Source: Auanema rhodensis (Eukaryota > Animalia > Nematoda). From it: DNA of 64,000 nt. Shown here piece after piece: positions 1 through 15,300 of the stretch. The translations under genes were made by a program, and so were the position numbers. Location: positions 14,384,001 to 14,448,000 of the forward strand of contig OZ059900.1 of NCBI GenBank assembly GCA_964057225.1, written 5' to 3'. The notes beneath the pieces are model-generated. The model did not search any database. It had not been told where the DNA came from and saw nothing but the letters and a program-made list of their open reading frames with translations. Numbering within the stretch: position 1 is the stretch's first letter; each line of letters starts with the position of its first letter.

Positions 1-286
1 CTAAGATATCTTGATTTATGGCCTACTTTACTCAAAGAGCTAATTGAAGTTTGGTGTTAAAATGAACAATTGATTAAAGCTGACGTTCCGTTTTTTTTCA
101 TCGTAATTGAGATAGAACATTTAAATTAAATAGAAATGTTTAAAAATTTAGAAAAAAACACAAGCTCAAATCACTTTTGAAAAAACAGAAAGTTTAAAAC
201 AACCTTTTTTCTAAAAATTATCGTTTTTATCCGACTTTTCGAAGAAAACAAAAATAGCATAACATTCAATAACGATGAATCAGAAC

Positions 287-291
287 AAAAA
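287..291 (-). terminator. Pol III terminator (T5) 4 nt after the tRNA 3' end, present in most units
   Basis: Minus strand reads ...GGGGAG AATG TTTTT GTTCTG. Confidence 0.85.
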
Positions 292-295
292 CATT

Positions 296-367
296 CTCCC
301 CGGCCGGGAATTGAACCCGGGTCTCGCATGTGACAGACGCGGATACTCACCACTATACTACCGAGGA
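296..367 (-). tRNA. tRNA-Asp(GTC), representative of about 100 copies in the window
   Basis: Minus strand reads TCCTCGGTAGTATAGTGGTGAGTATCCGCGTCTGTCACATGCGAGACCCGGGTTCAATTCCCGGCCGGGGAG. Acceptor stem TCCTCGG/CCGGGGA, anticodon arm CGCGT-CT GTC AC-ATGCG, T arm CCGGG-TTCAATT-CCCGG, no encoded CCA. Matches the nematode tRNA-Asp as I recall it. Confidence 0.98.
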
Positions 368-3300
368 TTGAGTTTGCACTTAGAAACTTTCATTAAGAGT
401 GTGAGTTTGAATTATAGTAGAAAAATGAAACACTGTCTCTAACATATCTTGATTTATGGCCTACTTTACTCAAAGAGCTAATTGAAGTTTGGTGTTAAAA
501 TGAACAATTGATTAAAGCTGACGTTCCGTTTTTTTTCATCGTAATTGAGATAGAACATTTAAATTAAATAGAAATGTTTGAAAATTTAGAAAAAAACACA
601 AGCTCAAATCACTTTTGAAAAAACAGAAAGTTTAAAACAACCTTTTTTCTAATAATTATCGTTTTTATCCGACTTTTTGAAGAAAACAAAAATAGCATAA
701 CATTCAATAACGATGAATCAGAACAAACACATTCTCCCCGGCCGGGAATTGAACCCGGGTCTCGCATGTGACAGACGCGGATACTCACCACTATACTACC
801 GAGGATTGAGTTTGCACTTAGAAACTTTCATTAAGAGTGTGAGTTTGAATTATAGTAGAAAAATGAAACACTGTCTCTAACATATCTTGATTTATGGCCT
901 ACTTTACTCAAAGAGCTAATTGAAGTTTGGTGTTAAAATGAACAATTGATTAAAGCTGACGTTCCGTTTTTTTTCATCGTAATTGAGATAGAACATTTAA
1001 ATTAAATAGAAATGTTTGAAAATTTAGAAAAAAACACAAGCTCAAATCACTTTTGAAAAAACAGAAAGTTTAAAACAACCTTTTTTCTAATAATTATCGT
1101 TTTTATCCGACTTTTTGAAGAAAACAAAAATAGCATAACATTCAATAACGATGAATCAGAACAAACACATTCTCCCCGGCCGGGAATTGAACCCGGGTCT
1201 CGCATGTGACAGACGCGGATACTCACCACTATACTACCGAGGATTGAGTTTGCACTTAGAAACTTTCATTAAGAGTGTGAGTTTGAATTATAGTAGAAAA
1301 ATGAAACACTGTCTCTAACATATCTTGATTTATGGCCTACTTTACTCAAAGAGCTAATTGAAGTTTGGTGTTAAAATGAACAATTGATTAAAGCTGACGT
1401 TCCGTTTTTTTTCATCGTAATTGAGATAGAACATTTAAATTAAATAGAAATGTTTGAAAATTTAGAAAAAAACACAAGCTCAAATCACTTTTGAAAAAAC
1501 AGAAAGTTTAAAACAACCTTTTTTCTAATAATTATCGTTTTTATCCGACTTTTTGAAGAAAACAAAAATAGCATAACATTCAATAACGATCAATCAGAAC
1601 AAAAACATTCTCCCCGGCCGGGAATTGAACCCGGGTCTCGCATGTGACAGACGCGGATACTCACCACTATACTACCGAGGATTGAGTTTGCACTTAGAAA
1701 CTTTCATTAAGAGTGTGAGTTTGAATTATAGTAGAAAAATGAAACACTGTCTCTAACATATCTTGATTTATGGCCTATTTTACTCAAAGAGCTAATTGAA
1801 GTTTGGTGTTAAAATGAACAATTGATTAAAGCTGACGTTCCGTTTTTTTTCATCGTAATTGAGATAGAACATTTAAATTAAATGGAAATGTTTAACAATT
1901 TAGAAAAAAACACAAGCTCAAATCATTTTTGAAAAAACAGAAAGTTTAAAACAACCTTTTTTCTAATAATTATCTTTTTTATCCGACTTTTGGAAAGAAA
2001 CAAAAATAGCATAACATTCAATAACGATGAATCAGAACAAAAACATTCTCCCCGGCCGCGAATTGAACCCGGGTCTCGCATGTGACAGTCGCGGATACTC
2101 ACGACTATACTACCGAGGATTGAATTTGCACTTAGAAACTTTCATTAAGAGTGTGAGTTTGAATTAAAGTAGAAAAATGAGACACTGTCTCTAACATATC
2201 TTGATTTATGGCCTACTTTACTCAAAGAGCTAATTGAAGTTTGGTCTTAAAATGAACAATTGATTAAAGCTGACGTTTCAATTTTTTTCATCGTAATTGA
2301 GATAGAACATTTAAATTAAATGGAAATGTTTAACAATTTAGAAAAAAAACACAAGCTCAAATCATTTTTGAAAAAACAGAAAGTTTAAAACAACCTTTTT
2401 TCTAATAATTATCTTTTTTATCCGACTTTTGGAAAGAAACAAAAATAGCATAACATTCAATAACGATGAATCAGAACAAAAACATTCTCCCCGGCCGGGA
2501 ATTGAACCCGGGTCTCGCATGTGACAGACGCGGATACTCACCACTATACTACCGAGGATTGAATTTGCACTTAGAAACTTTCATTGAGAGTGTGAGTTTG
2601 AATTAAAGTAGAAAAATGAAACACTGTCTCTAAGATATCTTGATTTATGGCCTACTTTACTCAAAGAGCTAATTGAAGTTTGGTGTTAGAATGAACAATT
2701 GATTAAAGCTGACGTTTCAATTTTTTTCATCGTAATTGAGATAGAACATTTAAATTAAATGGAAATGTTTAACAATTTAGAAAAAAAACACAAGCTCAAA
2801 TCATTTTTGAAAAAACAGAAAGTTTAAAACAACCTTTTTTCTAATAATTATCTTTTTTATCCGACTTTTGGAAAGAAACAAAAATAGCATAACATTCAAT
2901 AACGATGAATCAGAACAAAAACATTCTCCCCGGCCGGGAATTGAACCCGGGTCTCGCATGTGACAGACGCGGATACTCACCACTATACTACCGAGGATTA
3001 AGTTTGCACTTAGAAACTTTCATTAAGAGTGTGAGTTTGAATTATAGTAGAAAAATGAAACACTGTCTCTAAGATATCTTGATTTATGGCCTACTTTACT
3101 CAAAGAGCTAATTGAAGTTTGGTGTTAAAATGAACAATTGATTAAAGCTGACGTTCCGTTTTTTTTCATCGTAATTGAGATAGAACATTTAAATTAAATA
3201 GAAATGTTTGAAAATTTAGAAAAAAACACAAGCTCAAATCACTTTTGAAAAAACAGAAAGTTTAAAACAACCTTTTTTCTAATAATTATCGTTTTTATCC

Positions 3301-6300
3301 GACTTTTTGAAGAAAACAAAAATAGCATAACATTCAATAACGATCAATCAGAACAAAAACATTCTCCCCGGCCGGGAATTGAACCCGGGTCTCGCATGTG
3401 ACAGACGCGGATACTCACCACTATACTACCGAGGATTGAGTTTGCACTTAGAAACTTTCATTAAGAGTGTGAGTTTGAATTATAGTAGAAAAATGAAACA
3501 CTGTCTCTAACATATCTTGATTTATGGCCTATTTTACTCAAAGAGCTAATTGAAGTTTGGTGTTAAAATGAACAATTGATTAAAGCTGACGTTCCGTTTT
3601 TTTTCATCGTAATTGAGATAGAACATTTAAATTAAATGGAAATGTTTAACAATTTAGAAAAAAACACAAGCTCAAATCATTTTTGAAAAAACAGAAAGTT
3701 TAAAACAACCTTTTTTCTAATAATTATCTTTTTTATCCGACTTTTGGAAAGAAACAAAAATAGCATAACATTCAATAACGATGAATCAGAACAAAAACAT
3801 TCTCCCCGGCCGCGAATTGAACCCGGGTCTCGCATGTGACAGTCGCGGATACTCACGACTATACTACCGAGGATTGAATTTGCACTTAGAAACTTTCATT
3901 AAGAGTGTGAGTTTGAATTAAAGTAGAAAAATGAGACACTGTCTCTAACATATCTTGATTTATGGCCTACTTTACTCAAAGAGCTAATTGAAGTTTGGTC
4001 TTAAAATGAACAATTGATTAAAGCTGACGTTTCAATTTTTTTCATCGTAATTGAGATAGAACATTTAAATTAAATGGAAATGTTTAACAATTTAGAAAAA
4101 AAACACAAGCTCAAATCATTTTTGAAAAAACAGAAAGTTTAAAACAACCTTTTTTCTAATAATTATCTTTTTTATCCGACTTTTGGAAAGAAACAAAAAT
4201 AGCATAACATTCAATAACGATGAATCAGAACAAAAACATTCTCCCCGGCCGGGAATTGAACCCGGGTCTCGCATGTGACAGACGCGGATACTCACCACTA
4301 TACTACCGAGGATTGAATTTGCACTTAGAAACTTTCATTGAGAGTGTGAGTTTGAATTAAAGTAGAAAAATGAAACACTGTCTCTAAGATATCTTGATTT
4401 ATGGCCTACTTTACTCAAAGAGCTAATTGAAGTTTGGTGTTAGAATGAACAATTGATTAAAGCTGACGTTTCAATTTTTTTCATCGTAATTGAGATAGAA
4501 CATTTAAATTAAATGGAAATGTTTAACAATTTAGAAAAAAAACACAAGCTCAAATCATTTTTGAAAAAACAGAAAGTTTAAAACAACCTTTTTTCTAATA
4601 ATTATCTTTTTTATCCGACTTTTGGAAAGAAACAAAAATAGCATAACATTCAATAACGATGAATCAGAACAAAAACATTCTCCCCGGCCGGGAATTGAAC
4701 CCGGGTCTCGCATGTGACAGACGCGGATACTCACCACTATACTACCGAGGATTAAGTTTGCACTTAGAAACTTTCATTAAGAGTGTGAGTTTGAATTATA
4801 GTAGAAAAATGAAACACTGTCTCTAAGATATCTTGATTTATGGCCTACTTTACTCAAAGAGCTAATTGAAGTTTGGTGTTAAAATGAACAATTGATTAAA
4901 GCTGACGTTCCGTTTTTTTTCATCGTAATTGAGATAGAACATTTAAATTAAATAGAAATGTTTGAAAATTTAGAAAAAAACACAAGCTCAAATCACTTTT
5001 GAAAAAACAGAAAGTTTAAAACAACCTTTTTTCTAATAATTATCGTTTTTATCCGACTTTTTGAAGAAAACAAAAATAGCATAACATTCAATAACGATGA
5101 ATCAGAACAAACACATTCTCCCCGGCCGGGAATTGAACCCGGGTCTCGCATGTGACAGACGCGGATACTCACCACTATACTACCGAGGATTGAGTTTGCA
5201 CTTAGAAACTTTCATTAAGAGTGTGAGTTTGAATTATAGTAGAAAAATGAAACACTGTCTCTAACATATCTTGATTTATGGCCTACTTTACTCAAAGAGC
5301 TAATTGAAGTTTGGTGTTAAAATGAACAATTGATTAAAGCTGACGTTCCGTTTTTTTTCATCGTAATTGAGATAGAACATTTAAATTAAATAGAAATGTT
5401 TGAAAATTTAGAAAAAAACACAAGCTCAAATCACTTTTGAAAAAACAGAAAGTTTAAAACAACCTTTTTTCTAATAATTATCGTTTTTATCCGACTTTTT
5501 GAAGAAAACAAAAATAGCATAACATTCAATAACGATCAATCAGAACAAAAACATTCTCCCCGGCCGGGAATTGAACCCGGGTCTCGCATGTGACAGACGC
5601 GGATACTCACCACTATACTACCGAGGATTGAGTTTGCACTTAGAAACTTTCATTAAGAGTGTGAGTTTGAATTATAGTAGAAAAATGAAACACTGTCTCT
5701 AACATATCTTGATTTATGGCCTATTTTACTCAAAGAGCTAATTGAAGTTTGGTGTTAAAATGAACAATTGATTAAAGCTGACGTTCCGTTTTTTTTCATC
5801 GTAATTGAGATAGAACATTTAAATTAAATGGAAATGTTTAACAATTTAGAAAAAAAACACAAGCTCAAATCATTTTTGAAAAAACAGAAAGTTTAAAACA
5901 ACCTTTTTTCTAATAATTATCTTTTTTATCCGACTTTTGGAAAGAAACAAAAATAGCATAACATTCAATAACGATGAATCAGAACAAAAACATTCTCCCC
6001 GGCCGCGAATTGAACCCGGGTCTCGCATGTGACAGTCGCGGATACTCACGACTATACTACCGAGGATTGAATTTGCACTTAGAAACTTTCATTAAGAGTG
6101 TGAGTTTGAATTAAAGTAGAAAAATGAGACACTGTCTCTAACATATCTTGATTTATGGCCTACTTTACTCAAAGAGCTAATTGAAGTTTGGTCTTAAAAT
6201 GAACAATTGATTAAAGCTGACGTTTCAATTTTTTTCATCGTAATTGAGATAGAACATTTAAATTAAATGGAAATGTTTAACAATTTAGAAAAAAAACACA

Positions 6301-9300
6301 AGCTCAAATCATTTTTGAAAAAACAGAAAGTTTAAAACAACCTTTTTTCTAATAATTATCTTTTTTATCCGACTTTTGGAAAGAAACAAAAATAGCATAA
6401 CATTCAATAACGATGAATCAGAACAAAAACATTCTCCCCGGCCGGGAATTGAACCCGGGTCTCGCATGTGACAGACGCGGATACTCACCACTATACTACC
6501 GAGGATTGAATTTGCACTTAGAAACTTTCATTGAGAGTGTGAGTTTGAATTAAAGTAGAAAAATGAAACACTGTCTCTAAGATATCTTGATTTATGGCCT
6601 ACTTTACTCAAAGAGCTAATTGAAGTTTGGTGTTAGAATGAACAATTGATTAAAGCTGACGTTTCAATTTTTTTCATCGTAATTGAGATAGAACATTTAA
6701 ATTAAATGGAAATGTTTAACAATTTAGAAAAAAAACACAAGCTCAAATCATTTTTGAAAAAACAGAAAGTTTAAAACAACCTTTTTTCTAATAATTATCT
6801 TTTTTATCCGACTTTTGGAAAGAAACAAAAATAGCATAACATTCAATAACGATGAATCAGAACAAAAACATTCTCCCCGGCCGGGAATTGAACCCGGGTC
6901 TCGCATGTGACAGACGCGGATACTCACCACTATACTACCGAGGATTAAGTTTGCACTTAGAAACTTTCATTAAGAGTGTGAGTTTGAATTATAGTAGAAA
7001 AATGAAACACTGTCTCTAAGATATCTTGATTTATGGCCTACTTTACTCAAAGAGCTAATTGAAGTTTGGTGTTAAAATGAACAATTGATTAAAGCTGACG
7101 TTCCGTTTTTTTTCATCGTAATTGAGATAGAACATTTAAATTAAATAGAAATGTTTAAAAATTTAGAAAAAAACACAAGCTCAAATCACTTTTGAAAAAA
7201 CAGAAAGTTTAAAACAACCTTTTTTCTAAAAATTATCGTTTTTATCCGACTTTTCGAAGAAAACAAAAATAGCATAACATTCAATAACGATGAATCAGAA
7301 CAAAAACATTCTCCCCGGCCGGGAATTGAACCCGGGTCTCGCATGTGACAGACGCGGATACTCACCACTATACTACCGAGGATTGAGTTTGCACTTAGAA
7401 ACTTTCATTAAGAGTGTGAGTTTGAATTATAGTAGAAAAATGAAACACTGTCTCTAACATATCTTGATTTATGGCCTACTTTACTCAAAGAGCTAATTGA
7501 AGTTTGGTGTTAAAATGAACAATTGATTAAAGCTGACGTTCCGTTTTTTTTCATCGTAATTGAGATAGAACATTTAAATTAAATAGAAATGTTTGAAAAT
7601 TTAGAAAAAAACACAAGCTCAAATCACTTTTGAAAAAACAGAAAGTTTAAAACAACCTTTTTTCTAATAATTATCGTTTTTATCCGACTTTTTGAAGAAA
7701 ACAAAAATAGCATAACATTCAATAACGATGAATCAGAACAAACACATTCTCCCCGGCCGGGAATTGAACCCGGGTCTCGCATGTGACAGACGCGGATACT
7801 CACCACTATACTACCGAGGATTGAGTTTGCACTTAGAAACTTTCATTAAGAGTGTGAGTTTGAATTATAGTAGAAAAATGAAACACTGTCTCTAACATAT
7901 CTTGATTTATGGCCTACTTTACTCAAAGAGCTAATTGAAGTTTGGTGTTAAAATGAACAATTGATTAAAGCTGACGTTCCGTTTTTTTTCATCGTAATTG
8001 AGATAGAACATTTAAATTAAATAGAAATGTTTGAAAATTTAGAAAAAAACACAAGCTCAAATCACTTTTGAAAAAACAGAAAGTTTAAAACAACCTTTTT
8101 TCTAATAATTATCGTTTTTATCCGACTTTTTGAAGAAAACAAAAATAGCATAACATTCAATAACGATGAATCAGAACAAACACATTCTCCCCGGCCGGGA
8201 ATTGAACCCGGGTCTCGCATGTGACAGACGCGGATACTCACCACTATACTACCGAGGATTGAGTTTGCACTTAGAAACTTTCATTAAGAGTGTGAGTTTG
8301 AATTATAGTAGAAAAATGAAACACTGTCTCTAACATATCTTGATTTATGGCCTACTTTACTCAAAGAGCTAATTGAAGTTTGGTGTTAAAATGAACAATT
8401 GATTAAAGCTGACGTTCCGTTTTTTTTCATCGTAATTGAGATAGAACATTTAAATTAAATAGAAATGTTTGAAAATTTAGAAAAAAACACAAGCTCAAAT
8501 CACTTTTGAAAAAACAGAAAGTTTAAAACAACCTTTTTTCTAATAATTATCGTTTTTATCCGACTTTTTGAAGAAAACAAAAATAGCATAACATTCAATA
8601 ACGATGAATCAGAACAAACACATTCTCCCCGGCCGGGAATTGAACCCGGGTCTCGCATGTGACAGACGCGGATACTCACCACTATACTACCGAGGATTGA
8701 GTTTGCACTTAGAAACTTTCATTAAGAGTGTGAGTTTGAATTATAGTAGAAAAATGAAACACTGTCTCTAACATATCTTGATTTATGGCCTACTTTACTC
8801 AAAGAGCTAATTGAAGTTTGGTGTTAAAATGAACAATTGATTAACGCTGACGTTTCAATTTTTTTCATCGTAGTTGAGATAGAACATTTAAATTAAATGG
8901 AAATGTTTAACAATTTAGAAAAAAAACACAAGCTCAAATCACTTTTGAAAAAGCAGAAAGTTTAAAATAACCTTTTTTCTAATAATTATCTTTTTAATTC
9001 GACTTTTGGAAGAAAACAAAAATAGCATAACATTCAATAACGATGAATCAGAACAAAAACATTCTCCCCGGCCGGGAATTGAACCCGGGTCTCGCATGTG
9101 ACAGACGCGGATACTCACCACTATACTACCGAGGATTGAATTTGCACTTAGAAACTTTCATTAAGAGTGTGAGTTTGAAATATAGTAGAAAAATGAAACA
9201 CTGTCTCTAACATATCTTGATTTATGGCCTACTTTACTCAAAGAGCTAATTGAAGTTTGGTGTTAAAATGAACAATTGATTAAAGCTGACGTTCCGTTTT

Positions 9301-12300
9301 TTTTCATCGTAATTGAGATAGAACATTTAAATTAAATAGAAATGTTTGAAAATTTAGAAAAAAACACAAGCTCAAATCACTTTTGAAAAAACAGAAAGTT
9401 TAAAACAACCTTTTTTCTAATAATTATCGTTTTTATCCGACTTTTTGAAGAAAACAAAAATAGCATAACATTCAATAACGATGAATCAGAACAAAAACAT
9501 TCTCCCCGGCCGGGAATTGAACCCGGGTCTCGCATGTGACAGACGCGGATACTCACCACTATACTACCGAGGATTGAATTTGCACTTAGAAACTTTCATT
9601 GAGAGTGTGAGTTTGAATTAAAGTAGAAAAATGAAACACTGTCTCTAAGATATCTTGATTTATGGCCTACTTTACTCAAAGAGCTAATTGATGTTTGGTG
9701 TTAGAATGAACAATTGATTAACGCTGACGTTTCAATTTTTTTCATCGTAGTTGAGATAGAACATTTAAATTAAATGGAAATGTTTAACAATTTAGAAAAA
9801 AAACACAAGCTCAAATCACTTTTGAAAAAGCAGAAAGTTTAAAATAACCTTTTTTCTAATAATTATCTTTTTAATTCGACTTTTGGAAGAAAACAAAAAT
9901 AGCATAACATTCAATAACGATGAATCAGAACAAAAACATTCTCCCCGGCCGGGAATTGAACCCGGGTCTCGCATGTGACAGACGCGGATACTCACCACTA
10001 TACTACCGAGGATTGAATTTGCACTTAGAAACTTTCATTAAGAGTGTGAGTTTGAAATATAGTAGAAAAATGAAACACTGTCTCTAACATATATTGATTT
10101 ATGGCCTACTTTACTCAAAGAGCTAATTGAAGTTTGGTGTTAAAATGAACAATTGATTAACGCTGACGTTCCGTTTTTTTTCATTGTAATTGAGATAGAA
10201 TACTTAAATTAAATGGAAATGTTTAACAATTTAGAAAAAAAACACAAGCTCAAATCACTTTTGAAAAAACAGAAAGTTTAAAATAACCTTTTTTCTAATA
10301 ATTATCTTTTTAATTCGACTTTTGGAAGAAAACAAAAATAGCATAACATTCAATAACGATGAATCAGAACAAAAACATTCTCCCCGGCCGGGAATTGAAC
10401 CCGGGTCTCGCATGTGACAGACGCGGATACTCACCACTATACTACCGAGGATTGAATTTGCACTTAGAAACTTTCATTAAGAGTGTGAGTTTGAAATATA
10501 GTAGAAAAATGAAACACTGTCTCTAACATATCTTGATTTATGGCCTACTTTACTCAAAGAGCTAATTGAAGTTTGGTGTTAAAATGAACAATTGATTAAA
10601 GCTGACGTTCCGTTTTTTTTCATCGTAATTGAGATAGAACATTTAAATTAAATAGAAATGTTTGAAAATTTAGAAAAAAACACAAGCTCAAATCACTTTT
10701 GAAAAAACAGAAAGTTTAAAACAACCTTTTTTCTAATAATTATCGTTTTTATCCGACTTTTTGAAGAAAACAAAAATAGCATAACATTCAATAACGATGA
10801 ATCAGAACAAAAACATTCTCCCCGGCCGGGAATTGAACCCGGGTCTCGCATGTGACAGACGCGGATACTCACCACTATACTACCGAGGATTGAATTTGCA
10901 CTTAGAAACTTTCATTGAGAGTGTGAGTTTGAATTAAAGTAGAAAAATGAAACACTGTCTCTAAGATATCTTGATTTATGGCCTACTTTACTCAAAGAGC
11001 TAATTGAAGTTTGGTGTTAGAATGAACAATTGATTAACGCTGACGTTTCAATTTTTTTCATCGTAGTTGAGATAGAACATTTAAATTAAATGGAAATGTT
11101 TAACAATTTAGAAAAAAAACACAAGCTCAAATCACTTTTGAAAAAGCAGAAAGTTTAAAATAACCTTTTTTCTAATAATTATCTTTTTAATTCGACTTTT
11201 GGAAGAAAACAAAAATAGCATAACATTCAATAACGATGAATCAGAACAAAAACATTCTCCCCGGCCGGGAATTGAACCCGGGTCTCGCATGTGACAGACG
11301 CGGATACTCACCACTATACTACCGAGGATTGAATTTGCACTTAGAAACTTTCATTAAGAGTGTGAGTTTGAAATATAGTAGAAAAATGAAACACTGTCTC
11401 TAACATATATTGATTTATGGCCTACTTTACTCAAAGAGCTAATTGAAGTTTGGTGTTCAAATGAACAATTGATTAACGCTGACGTTCCGTTTTTTTTCAT
11501 TGTAATTGAGATAGAATACTTAAATTAAATGGAAATGTTTAACAATTTAGAAAAAAAACACAAGCTCAAATCACTTTTGAAAAAACAGAAAGTTTAAAAT
11601 AACCTTTTTTCTAATAATTATCTTTTTAATTCGACTTTTGGAAGAAAACAAAAATAGCATAACATTCAATAACGATGAATCAGAACAAAAACATTCTCCC
11701 CGGCCGGGAATTGAACCCGGGTCTCGCATGTGACAGACGCGGATACTCACCACTATACTACCGAGGATTGAGTTTGCACTTAGAAACTTTCATTAAGAGT
11801 GTGAGTTTGAATTATAGTAGAAAAATGAAACACTGTCTCTAACATATCTTGATTTATGGCCTACTTTACTCAAAGAGCTAATTGAAGTTTGGTGTTAAAA
11901 TGAACAATTGATTAAAGCTGACGTTCCGTTTTTTTTCATCGTAATTGAGATAGAACATTTAAATTAAATAGAAATGTTTGAAAATTTAGAAAAAAACACA
12001 AGCTCAAATCACTTTTGAAAAAACAGAAAGTTTAAAACAACCTTTTTTCTAATAATTATCGTTTTTATCCGACTTTTTGAAGAAAACAAAAATAGCATAA
12101 CATTCAATAACGATGAATCAGAACAAAAACATTCTCCCCGGCCGGGAATTGAACCCGGGTCTCGCATGTGACAGACGCGGATACTCACCACTATACTACC
12201 GAGGATTGAGTTTGCACTTAGAAACTTTCATTAAGAGTGTGAGTTTGAATTATAGTAGAAAAATGAAACACTGTCTCTAACATATCTTGATTTATGGCCT

Positions 12301-15300
12301 ACTTTACTCAAAGAGCTAATTGAAGTTTGGTGTTAAAATGAACAATTGATTAAAGCTGACGTTCCGTTTTTTTTCATCGTAATTGAGATAGAACATTTAA
12401 ATTAAATAGAAATGTTTGAAAATTTAGAAAAAAACACAAGCTCAAATCACTTTTGAAAAAACAGAAAGTTTAAAACAACCTTTTTTCTAATAATTATCGT
12501 TTTTATCCGACTTTTTGAAGAAAACAAAAATAGCATAACATTCAATAACGATGAATCAGAACAAAAACATTCTCCCCGGCCGGGAATTGAACCCGGGTCT
12601 CGCATGTGACAGACGCGGATACTCACCACTATACTACTGAGGATTGAATTTGCACTTAGAAACTTTCATTGAGAGTGTGAGTTTGAATTAAAGTAGAAAA
12701 ATGAAACACTGTCTCTAAGATATCTTGATTTATGGCCTACTTTACTCAAAGAGCTAATTGAAGTTTGGTGTTAGAATGAACAATTGATTAACGCTGACGT
12801 TTCAATTTTTTTCATCGTAGTTGAGATAGAACATTTAAATTAAATGGAAATGTTTAACAATTTAGAAAAAAAACACAAGCTCAAATCACTTTTGAAAAAG
12901 CAGAAAGTTTAAAATAACCTTTTTTCTAATAATTATCTTTTTAATTCGACTTTTGGAAGAAAACAAAAATAGCATAACATTCAATAACGATGAATCAGAA
13001 CAAAAACATTCTCCCCGGCCGGGAATTGAACCCGGGTCTCGCATGTGACAGACGCGGATACTCACCACTATACTACCGAGGATTGAATTTGCACTTAGAA
13101 ACTTTCATTAAGAGTGTGAGTTTGAAATATAGTAGAAAAATGAAACACTGTCTCTAACATATATTGATTTATGGCCTACTTTACTCAAAGAGCTAATTGA
13201 AGTTTGGTGTTAAAATGAACAATTGATTAACGCTGACGTTCCGTTTTTTTTCATTGTAATTGAGATAGAATACTTAAATTAAATGGAAATGTTTAACAAT
13301 TTAGAAAAAAAACACAAGCTCAAATCACTTTTGAAAAAACAGAAAGTTTAAAATAACCTTTTTTCTAATAATTATCTTTTTAATTCGACTTTTGGAAGAA
13401 AACAAAAATAGCATAACATTCAATAACGATGAATCAGAACAAAAACATTCTCCCCGGCCGGGAATTGAACCCGGCTCTCGCATGTGACAGACGCGGATAC
13501 TCACCACTATACTACCGAGGATTGAGTTTGCACTTAGAAACTTTCATTAAGAGTGTGAGTTTGAATTATAGTAGAAAAATGAAACACTGTCTCTAACATA
13601 TCTTGATTTATGGCCTATTTTACTCAAAGAGCTAATTGAAGTTTGGTGTTAAAATGAACAACTGATTAACGCTGACGTTCCGTTTTTTTTCATTGTAATT
13701 GAGATAGAATACTTAAATTAAATGGAAATGTTTAACAATTTAGAAAAAAAAAAACAAGCTCAAATCACTTTTGAAAAAACAGAAAGTTTAAAATAACCTT
13801 TTTTCTAATAATTATCTTTTTAATTCGACTTTTGGAAGAAAACAAAAATAGCATAACATTCAATAACGATGAATCAGAACAAAAACATTCTCCCCGGCCG
13901 GGAATTGAACCCGGGTCTCGCATGTGACAGACGCGGATACTCACCACTATACTACCGAGGATTGAGTTTGCACTTAGAAACTTTCATTAAGAGTGTGAGT
14001 TTGAATTATAGTAGAAAAATGAAACACTGTCTCTAACATATCTTGATTTATGGCCTACTTTACTCAAAGAGCTAATTGAAGTTTGGTGTTAAAATGAACA
14101 ATTGATTAAAGCTGACGTTCCGTTTTTTTTCATCGTAATTGAGATAGAACATTTAAATTAAATAGAAATGTTTGAAAATTTAGAAAAAAACACAAGCTCA
14201 AATCACTTTTGAAAAAACAGAAAGTTTAAAACAACCTTTTTTCTAATAATTATCGTTTTTATCCGACTTTTTGAAGAAAACAAAAATAGCATAACATTCA
14301 ATAACGATGAATCAGAACAAAAACATTCTCCCCGGCCGGGAATTGAACCCGGGTCTCGCATGTGACAGACGCGGATACTCACCACTATACTACCGAGGAT
14401 TGAGTTTGCACTTAGAAACTTTCATTAAGAGTGTGAGTTTGAATTATAGTAGAAAAATGAAACACTGTCTCTAACATATCTTGATTTATGGCCTACTTTA
14501 CTCAAAGAGCTAATTGAAGTTTGGTGTTAAAATGAACAATTGATTAAAGCTGACGTTCCGTTTTTTTTCATCGTAATTGAGATAGAACATTTAAATTAAA
14601 TAGAAATGTTTGAAAATTTAGAAAAAAACACAAGCTCAAATCACTTTTGAAAAAACAGAAAGTTTAAAACAACCTTTTTTCTAATAATTATCGTTTTTAT
14701 CCAACTTTTTGAAGAAAACAAAAATAGCATAACATTCAATAACGATGAATCAGAACAAAAACATTCTCCCCGGCCGGGAATTGAACCCGGGTCTCGCATG
14801 TGACAGACGCGGATACTCACCACTATACTACCGAGGATTGAATTTGCACTTAGAAACTTTCATTGAGAGTGTGAGTTTGAATTAAAGTAGAAAAATGAAA
14901 CACTGTCTCTAAGATATCTTGATTTATGGCCTACTTTACTCAAAGAGCTAATTGAAGTTTGGTGTTAGAATGAACAATTGATTAACGCTGACGTTTCAAT
15001 TTTTTTCATCGTAGTTGAGATAGAACATTCAAATTAAATGGAAATGTTTAACAATTTAGAAAAAAAACACAAGCTCAAATCACTTTTGAAAAAGCAGAAA
15101 GTTTAAAATAACCTTTTTTCTAATAATTATCTTTTTAATTCGACTTTTGGAAGAAAACAAAAATAGCATAACATTCAATAACGATGAATCAGAACAAAAA
15201 CATTCTCCCCGGCCGGGAATTGAACCCGGGTCTCGCATGTGACAGACGCGGATACTCACCACTATACTACCGAGGATTGAATTTGCACTTAGAAACTTTC

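Noticed and set aside
171-353. Recurring 60-aa ORF (MVSIRVCHMRDPGSIPGRGE...)
   Set aside because: It starts at a GTG inside the tRNA D-loop and reads through the tRNA and AT-rich spacer. It is lost in many units by point changes, so it is a by-product of the repeat.
368-733. Second RNA gene (5S, SL1, snRNA) or SINE body in the spacer
   Set aside because: I found no recognisable 5S, spliced-leader or snRNA sequence, no per-unit TSD and no poly(A) tail. The tRNA is intact with its own terminator.
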